Made by a program: the position numbers and the translations under genes
Part shown: positions 44,801 through 50,515 of the stretch, in pieces
How positions within the stretch are numbered: position 1 is the stretch's first letter
Layout: every line of letters starts with the position of its first letter
The notes under the pieces: model-generated
Databases searched by the model: none
Seen by the model: the letters and a program-made list of their open reading frames with translations, nothing else
Told to the model about the DNA's origin: nothing
NCBI GenBank assembly: GCA_964537235.1
Contig: CAZHZQ010000001.1
Coordinates: 1-50,515 of the forward strand
Origin: an uncultured Actinomycetota bacterium
Lineage (GTDB): Bacteria; Actinomycetota; Nitriliruptoria; Nitriliruptorales; JAHWKO01
DNA length: 50,515 nucleotides
Direction of reading: 5' to 3'

Positions 44801-45649
44801 ATGTCGACCGCCACGAACGCGCCCGCGGAACCCCGCCCCGGCGACGCCGGGGCGGGGCCGCCCGTCCTGGAGCTCAACAACGTCGAGGTCATCTACGACG
44901 AGGTCATCCTCGTGCTCCGGGGCCTGTCCATGGCGGTCCACGAGGGTGAGATCGTGGCCCTGCTCGGATCGAACGGGGCGGGCAAGTCCACCACCATGAA
45001 GGCCATCACGGGGCTGCTGCCCACCGAGCACGGGGAGGTCACGGACGGCGACATCACCTTCCGCGGCCAGGACATCACCCACCGGGATGCGGCGGACATC
45101 GTCAAGGCCGGTGTCGGTCTGGTCATGGAGGGACGACACGTCTTCGAACACCTGACGGTCCGCGAGAACCTGATCGCCGGCGCCTACACGCGGGGGCGCG
45201 TGGACGAGGAGGCGATCGAACGGGCGTACGGCTACTTCCCGCCGCTGGCCGACCGGCGGGCGCAACGGGCCGGCTTCCTGTCCGGCGGTGAGCAGCAGAT
45301 GCTGGCGATCGCCCGTGCGTTGATGTTCGAACCCGACCTGCTGATGCTCGACGAGCCGTCCCTGGGGCTGGCACCGAACCTGGTCGGGGAGATCTTCAGG
45401 ATCATCCAGCGCCTCAACGAGGAGCTGGGCACGACGGTGCTGCTCGTGGAGCAGAACGCCCGACGTGCCCTGGAGATCGCCGGGCGGGCCTACATCATGG
45501 AGAACGGACGGATCGTACTGGACGGCCCCTCGGACGAGCTCGCCGAGAACCCCGACGTCAAGGAGTTCTACCTGGGCATCGCCGAGTCGGGGCGTCGCAA
45601 GAGCTACCGCGACGTGAAGCACTACAAGCGACGGAAGCGCTGGCTGTGA
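44801..45649 (+). CDS. ABC transporter ATP-binding protein (LivF type)
   Basis: GSNGAGKST, LSGGEQQMLAIARAL, LLMLDEPS. Confidence 0.9.
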   Translation: MSTATNAPAEPRPGDAGAGPPVLELNNVEVIYDEVILVLRGLSMAVHEGEIVALLGSNGAGKSTTMKAITGLLPTEHGEVTDGDITFRGQDITHRDAADIVKAGVGLVMEGRHVFEHLTVRENLIAGAYTRGRVDEEAIERAYGYFPPLADRRAQRAGFLSGGEQQMLAIARALMFEPDLLMLDEPSLGLAPNLVGEIFRIIQRLNEELGTTVLLVEQNARRALEIAGRAYIMENGRIVLDGPSDELAENPDVKEFYLGIAESGRRKSYRDVKHYKRRKRWL

Positions 45650-46851
45650 CGGATCCTTCGACGTACGCGTCGAGCTTCGACGACGAGGTCGCCGTCACGG
45701 TCCGGGAAGCCGCCGAACGGGTCGACGGGTTCCGAAGCCGGCTGTCGGCAGCGGACCTCGAGCCGGAGGAGGTCGACAGCGTCGCCGCGCTCGACCGGCT
45801 CCCGGTCATGAGCAAGGACGAACTGCTCGAGGAGCAGCGCGCCGATCCGCCGTTCGGTGGGTTGCTCGCGCCCGACGCGGACGTCAGACGGATCTTCCAG
45901 TCACCGGGGCCGCTCTACGAGCCCGAGCTCGCTGCTCGGGACCCATGGCGGTGGGAGCCTGCGCTGCGCGCGGCGGGGTTCAGCCCAGACGATCTGGTGC
46001 TGAACGCGTTCGGCTACCACCTCAGCCCAGCGGGGGCGATGTTCGAGGAGGCGTGTCTGGCGCTCGGGGCGCGCGTCGTGCCGGCCGGGGTCGGGAGCAA
46101 GGACCTGCAGGTGACCGCCTGCGACGACCTGGGCGTGTCCGCCTACATCGGGACGCCGAGCTACCTCAAGGCGCTCCTCGAGGAGGCCGAGGACGGCGGG
46201 GTGGAACTGGCGATCGAACGCGCCTTCGTCAGCGCCGAACCGCTGCCGCCGTCGCTACGGACGTGGCTGCAGGAGCGCGTCGAACTGGTCAGACAGGGGT
46301 ACGGAACCGCCGAGGCTGGTCTGCTCGGGTACGAGTGCGAGCGGCTGGAGGGGCTGCACGTCCCGGCCGACGCGCTGGTGCAGGTGACCGACCTGACCAC
46401 GGGCGAGGCCATCGTCGAAGGAGGCGAGGGGCAGGTCGTCGTGACCCTGTTCGACAGCAGCTACCCGATAATCCGCTTCGGCACGGGCGACCTGTCCCGG
46501 TGGATCGAGGAACCGTGCGGGTGCGAACGGCCCACGCCCCGCCTGGCCGGCTGGCTCGGCCGGGTCGGAGACGCCGTGAAGGTGCGCGGCATGTTCCTCC
46601 ACCCACGACAGGTCGCGGGTGTGCTTGACGGGCTGGAGGAGGTCGCCCGGTACCGGGTCGCGATCACGCGGGAGGAGCACCGCGACGAGATCCGGTGCGA
46701 CTTCGTGCCCTCCGGGGACGACGTCGAGGCCGCGGTCGAGCGCGTCCGTGAGGCGTTCCGGGAGGGCTTGCGGTTCCGCGCCGAGGTCGTCCCGGTCGAC
46801 TCCCTGCCGGAGGGCGCGCCGCCGCTGACGGACGAACGCACTTGGGACTGA
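45646..46851 (+). CDS. Phenylacetate-CoA ligase-like adenylate-forming enzyme (PaaK / F390-synthetase family)
   Basis: GTG overlaps the LivF-type TGA (GTGA). LPVMSKDELL, GYGTAEAG, IIRFGTGDLS, VKVRGMF. Confidence 0.85.
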   Translation: MTDPSTYASSFDDEVAVTVREAAERVDGFRSRLSAADLEPEEVDSVAALDRLPVMSKDELLEEQRADPPFGGLLAPDADVRRIFQSPGPLYEPELAARDPWRWEPALRAAGFSPDDLVLNAFGYHLSPAGAMFEEACLALGARVVPAGVGSKDLQVTACDDLGVSAYIGTPSYLKALLEEAEDGGVELAIERAFVSAEPLPPSLRTWLQERVELVRQGYGTAEAGLLGYECERLEGLHVPADALVQVTDLTTGEAIVEGGEGQVVVTLFDSSYPIIRFGTGDLSRWIEEPCGCERPTPRLAGWLGRVGDAVKVRGMFLHPRQVAGVLDGLEEVARYRVAITREEHRDEIRCDFVPSGDDVEAAVERVREAFREGLRFRAEVVPVDSLPEGAPPLTDERTWD

Positions 46852-46871
46852 CCGGCATCTCCGCCGGCGGG

Positions 46872-47225
46872 CTACTCGCCCCCGTCGACGTACCCGAGCT
46901 GTTTGCCCCCGAGGACGTGGAAGTGCAGGTGGAAGATGGCCTGGCCACCCTCGGCGCCGATGTTGGTGGCGATCCGGTACCCATCGGCGATCCCCGCGTC
47001 GGCCGCGACCCGTTGCGCGAGATCGAAGCAGCTCCAGAGGAGCTCCGACCGTTCAGCGGTCAGATCGTGTGCCGACGACAGGTGCTCCCGCGGGGCGACG
47101 AGGATGTGCACCGGCGCTCTGGGGAACTTGTCCTCGAACGCCACCACGTCCTCCTCCTCGGCGACGAACGCGGCCGGCTCATCGCCCGCGATGATCGTGC
47201 AGAACAGACAGTCGTCCGAACCCAT
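46872..47225 (-). CDS. HIT-family (histidine triad) nucleotide hydrolase/transferase
   Basis: CLFCTII and histidine triad HLHFHVLGG. Confidence 0.9.
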   Translation of the reverse strand: MGSDDCLFCTIIAGDEPAAFVAEEEDVVAFEDKFPRAPVHILVAPREHLSSAHDLTAERSELLWSCFDLAQRVAADAGIADGYRIATNIGAEGGQAIFHLHFHVLGGKQLGYVDGGE

Positions 47226-47389
47226 CGGATGCTCCCTCCGGTGTCACCCTAACTCCAGAACTCGGCGGCCCCGAGCTGGTCGAACGGGTGGATCCACATC
47301 GTCTCCTCACGGTCGCGTGCTCGCCATCATGGGGTTCGCCCCGGGGCGGTGTCCAGGACGGGACCGGCGGCTGGCTAGTCTCGGCCTCC

Positions 47390-48121
47390 ATGGCTGACAC
47401 CTCGACCATCGTCTGGATCTCCGGTGCGTCCAGCGGCATCGGACGTGCGCTCGTCGACACCGTCCCGTGGGACGACGCGCGCGTCATCGACATCAGCCGC
47501 AGCGGCGCCGACGACGCCGAGCACGTCCGCGCCGATCTCACGAAGCCGGCCGGTTGGCAGCGCGCGGCGAGCTCGTTCGCGTCCGAACTGGCGGAGTTCA
47601 AGGGCCGCCAGGCGGTGTTCGTCCACTGCGCGGGGACGCTCGAGCCCATGGGCTTCGCCGGTGAGGTCGACCCCAGCGGGTACGCCCAGCAGGTCCTGCT
47701 GAACGCGGCCTCGCCGCAGATCCTCGGCGACGCGTTCCTGCGCGCCGTCATGGATCGCGAGGGACTCGAGAGTCACCTGATCATGATCTCCTCCGGCGCC
47801 GCGACCAGCGTCTACGAGGGCTGGTCGGCCTACGGGGCGGGGAAGGCTGCCGTCGAGCACTGGGTCCGGACCGTCGGCGCCGAGCGCGTCCGGCGCGGCA
47901 CCGACTGCCGGGTCGTGGCCGTCGCACCCGGCGTCGTCGAGACGCCGATGCAGGCGCAGATCCGCGACATGGACGCCGAGGACTTCCCCCAGGTCGACAA
48001 GTTCCTCCGGCTGCACGAACGCGGAGAGCTCCGGTCCCCCCACGACGCCGCCGAGGGCATCTGGGGGTTGCTCGACCGTGACCTCGACCACGGTGCGGTC
48101 GTCGATCTGCGGGACCTCTGA
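47390..48121 (+). CDS. Short-chain dehydrogenase/reductase (SDR)
   Basis: ISGASSGIGRAL cofactor motif and catalytic YGAGKAAV. ATG 47390. Confidence 0.87.
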   Translation: MADTSTIVWISGASSGIGRALVDTVPWDDARVIDISRSGADDAEHVRADLTKPAGWQRAASSFASELAEFKGRQAVFVHCAGTLEPMGFAGEVDPSGYAQQVLLNAASPQILGDAFLRAVMDREGLESHLIMISSGAATSVYEGWSAYGAGKAAVEHWVRTVGAERVRRGTDCRVVAVAPGVVETPMQAQIRDMDAEDFPQVDKFLRLHERGELRSPHDAAEGIWGLLDRDLDHGAVVDLRDL

Positions 48122-48124
48122 CCG

Positions 48125-49285
48125 ATGGTCGACGACGTGGTGGGTGACGATCTTGTGGGTGGGCCGCTCGAGGGTACGACGGTGATCGAGGTGGCGGCGA
48201 TCGGACCCGTCCCCTTCGGGGTGATGCTCCTGGCCGACCTCGGCGCCGAGGTGATCCGCGTCGACCGGGCCTCGAGCGTCGGCAACCCCGGCCAGGAAGC
48301 GGCGATGGCCGGCCTGTCACGCGGCCGCCGGTCGGTCGCGGTGGACCTCAAGAACCCCGACGGACTGGACGTGCTCCTGCGGCTGGTCGAGGGCGCCGAC
48401 GTGCTGGTCGAGGGGTTCCGTCCCGGGGTCGCCGAACGCCTCGGGTTCGGGCCAGAGGGCTGCCTCGAGCGCAACCCTGGTCTGGTGTACGCGCGCATGA
48501 CGGGCTGGGGCCAGGACGGTCCGATGGCAGACCGTGCCGGCCACGACATCGACTACGCCGCGATCGCAGGCGCCCTGCATCCCATCGGTCGGGCAGACGG
48601 CCCACCGCCACCACCGCTGAACTACCTCGCGGACTTCGGTGGCGGTGGCGCCTACCTCGCGATCGGGGTGACCGCAGCGCTGCTCGAGCGCGAGCGGTCG
48701 GGGCGTGGCCAGGTCGTCGACGTCGCGATGGTCGACGGCGCGGCGAGCCTCACCGCCTTCTTCCACGGACTGCTCGAGATGGGCGCCTGGACCACCGACC
48801 GGGCGAGCAACCTCCTGGACGGCGCCGCCCCGTTCTACGACACCTACGCCACGGCCGACGGTGGCTACATCGCGGTCGGCTGTCTCGAACCCCAGTTCTA
48901 CGCCGAGTTCCTGGACCGGCTCGGGCTGGACCCCGACGAGTGGCCGCAGTTCGACCGCGAGCGTTGGCCCGAGCAGAAGCGACGGCTCGCCGAGCTGTTC
49001 GCCGCCGAGCCCCGTGCCCACTGGGAGGAGCGTTTCGCCGGCAGCGATGCGTGCGTGGCCCCTGTCCTGGCGCTGGACGAGGCGCCCGCGCATCCCCACA
49101 TCCACGCTCGGGGAACGTTCACGGACGTCGGCGGATCCGTCCAGCCCGCCCCGGCGCCCCGGTTCTCGCGCACGCCGGGTGAGGCGGGCGGTCCTGCACC
49201 GGAGCCGGGCGATCACACCGACGACATCGTCGCGGAGTTGGGTCTGGATCCCGCGGCGTTGCGCGACCGCGGGGCGATCGCCTGA
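48125..49285 (+). CDS. Family III CoA-transferase (CaiB/BaiF; alpha-methylacyl-CoA racemase-like)
   Basis: GPLEGTTVIEVAAIGPVPFGVMLLADLGAEVIRVDR, GFRPGVAERLG, MTGWGQDGP. Confidence 0.9.
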   Translation: MVDDVVGDDLVGGPLEGTTVIEVAAIGPVPFGVMLLADLGAEVIRVDRASSVGNPGQEAAMAGLSRGRRSVAVDLKNPDGLDVLLRLVEGADVLVEGFRPGVAERLGFGPEGCLERNPGLVYARMTGWGQDGPMADRAGHDIDYAAIAGALHPIGRADGPPPPPLNYLADFGGGGAYLAIGVTAALLERERSGRGQVVDVAMVDGAASLTAFFHGLLEMGAWTTDRASNLLDGAAPFYDTYATADGGYIAVGCLEPQFYAEFLDRLGLDPDEWPQFDRERWPEQKRRLAELFAAEPRAHWEERFAGSDACVAPVLALDEAPAHPHIHARGTFTDVGGSVQPAPAPRFSRTPGEAGGPAPEPGDHTDDIVAELGLDPAALRDRGAIA

Positions 49286-49295
49286 GTGCGATCGC

Positions 49296-50515
49296 CTAAC
49301 TGGCGGTCGGGCTCGGGGAGGGCGACGTCGTGTCCGAGTCGCTCGGCGACGGACTCTCGCTCTCGGAGGGCGAGTCGGACTCGTTCGGCGATTCGGTCGA
49401 CAGGATCGTCTCCTCCTCGGTCGGCGACGGGGACGGGCTGTCACTCTCCGTCGGTGACGGCGAGGGGGAGGGGCAGTCCTCGTCCGGCGGCAGGATCGTC
49501 TCGAAGGTCCCGTCCTCTCCGTCCGGGCACTCCACGGGGGAGGGTGACGGCTCGGGCTCCTCGGTCTGCGTGGGCGAGGGGCTCGGAGCCTCGTTGAGGG
49601 TGTCCAGCCCCGAGTAGTCGGGCTCGGGGAACTCCTTGGCCTCCATGTCCTTCACGGCCTCGGACATGTACAGGGCCCAGGTCTCGGCCGGGATGCTGCC
49701 ACCGGTGACCTGGCCCATCGACGTGTCGTCGAGCGTCCCGAACCAGACCGCCGTGGACAGCTGGGGTACGTAGCCGGCGAACCAGGCGTCCTGGCTGTTC
49801 TGGGTCGTTCCGGTCTTGCCGGCCGCAGGTCGACCGATCTGCGCGGCGGTCCCCGTCCCCGACTGGATGTTCTGCTCCAGGAGGTCGCTGACCGCATGGG
49901 CGACGTTGGCGTCGATCCCACCCTCGCCCTCGGGTGCCTTGTCGAGGATCAGGTTCCCGTCGGCGTCCTCGACCTTGCGGACCAGTCGCGGTTGCGACCG
50001 TGCTCCGCTGGACGCGAACGTGGCGTACGCCCCGGCCATCTCCTTGACCGAGACCTCGCTGGTCCCCAGGACCAGGGAGAGGTTGGGGCTGAGCCAGTCC
50101 TCGGGGATGCCCGCGTCCTCACCCATCTCCTTGACCTTCTGCGGGCCGATCTCCTCCGCGAGCTGTACGAACACGGTGTTGGTCGAGGTCAACGTCGCCT
50201 GGCGCACGGTCTGCTCGCCGAAGCCCCGGTTGGCGAAGTTGTGGACCGTGTACGGCTCGGCCTCGCCGATGTCGAACTGCTTCTCGGACGGTGCCGGGAA
50301 CCGTGACTCGGGGGAGTAGCCCTCGTCGAGGAAACCGGCCAGACCGAACGGCTTGAAGGCCGATCCCGGCTGGTTGCGGCCCGTGCCGTCGTCGTAGCCG
50401 ATCGCACCGTTGAAGTTCTGCTCGTTGTAGCTCGGCCCGCCGACCAGCGCGCGCACGCCGCCGTCCGCCGGATCGACGCTCACGAGCGCTCCCGAGACCT
50501 CCGCCGGATCGAACC
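49296..50515 (-). CDS. Penicillin-binding protein (class A type), transpeptidase part plus a Pro/Ser-rich tail; N-terminus lies beyond the window
   Basis: The frame stays open to the window end (FDPAEVSGALVSVDPADGGVRALVGG). SAFKPF (SxxK), AGKTGTT (KTG). Stop at 49296. Confidence 0.88.
   Translation of the reverse strand, partial: FDPAEVSGALVSVDPADGGVRALVGGPSYNEQNFNGAIGYDDGTGRNQPGSAFKPFGLAGFLDEGYSPESRFPAPSEKQFDIGEAEPYTVHNFANRGFGEQTVRQATLTSTNTVFVQLAEEIGPQKVKEMGEDAGIPEDWLSPNLSLVLGTSEVSVKEMAGAYATFASSGARSQPRLVRKVEDADGNLILDKAPEGEGGIDANVAHAVSDLLEQNIQSGTGTAAQIGRPAAGKTGTTQNSQDAWFAGYVPQLSTAVWFGTLDDTSMGQVTGGSIPAETWALYMSEAVKDMEAKEFPEPDYSGLDTLNEAPSPSPTQTEEPEPSPSPVECPDGEDGTFETILPPDEDCPSPSPSPTESDSPSPSPTEEETILSTESPNESDSPSESESPSPSDSDTTSPSPSPTAS

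Noticed and set aside
14708-44892. Many very long ORFs opposite or out of frame to confident genes. Examples are 14708..15766-, 15879..17912+, 18075..19613+, 24069..26336-, 26867..28459-, 28819..30006+, 32142..33734+, 33193..35040+, 36122..37294-, 36748..38043-, 39539..41323- and 42289..44892-.
   Set aside because: These are typical stop-codon-poor shadow frames of ~70% GC DNA. They have Arg/Pro/Gly/Asp-rich composition and no motifs, and each fully overlaps a gene with clear family signatures.
46852-46871. The small hairpin CCGGC-ATCTCC-GCCGG between convergent genes as a bidirectional terminator
   Set aside because: It has only a 5-bp stem and no U-tract, which is too weak to call.

Overview
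This window is a high-GC (roughly 70%) Actinomycetota-type chromosomal segment, densely coded on both strands. Many gene pairs have 4-nt start/stop overlaps. Most of it is ordinary core content. There is a hybrid histidine kinase with a REC-PAS-GGDEF-EAL partner, an alpha/beta hydrolase, Nif3 plus a Zn-ribbon protein, and GH15 plus OtsA (trehalose). There is also a class IV aminotransferase, RNase P RNA (not in the ORF track), and a diguanylate cyclase coupled to an APC/TrkA-C permease. Further genes encode a CPA2-USP antiporter, an amidase, an aldehyde dehydrogenase, HemE/HemY, and a PPOX-rhodanese-2x acyl-CoA dehydrogenase operon. The remainder comprises a pterin dehydratase, an AGPS-like FAD oxidase, a Liv-type ABC importer interleaved with two CoA ligases, HIT, SDR, a family III CoA-transferase and a class A PBP (3' partial). 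The stand-out is a lower-GC integrative element of about 7.96 kb (5886-13844) inserted into the 3' half of tRNA-Val(UAC) and bounded by a perfect 45-bp direct repeat. It carries a tyrosine integrase, a divergent XRE-repressor / AlpA-Xis-like switch and three unknown proteins, one of them extremely acidic. It also carries a second (serine) recombinase in a tight 3-gene operon and three small membrane proteins. About 0.65 kb of it is structured, repeat-rich non-coding DNA lying between convergent operons. I could recognise no capsid, conjugation or replication genes, so it is a candidate satellite or mobilizable element with cargo of unknown function. Many long ORFs in the supplied track are antisense shadows typical of high-GC DNA and were rejected. 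All domain calls come from motifs read by eye, and no database search was run.
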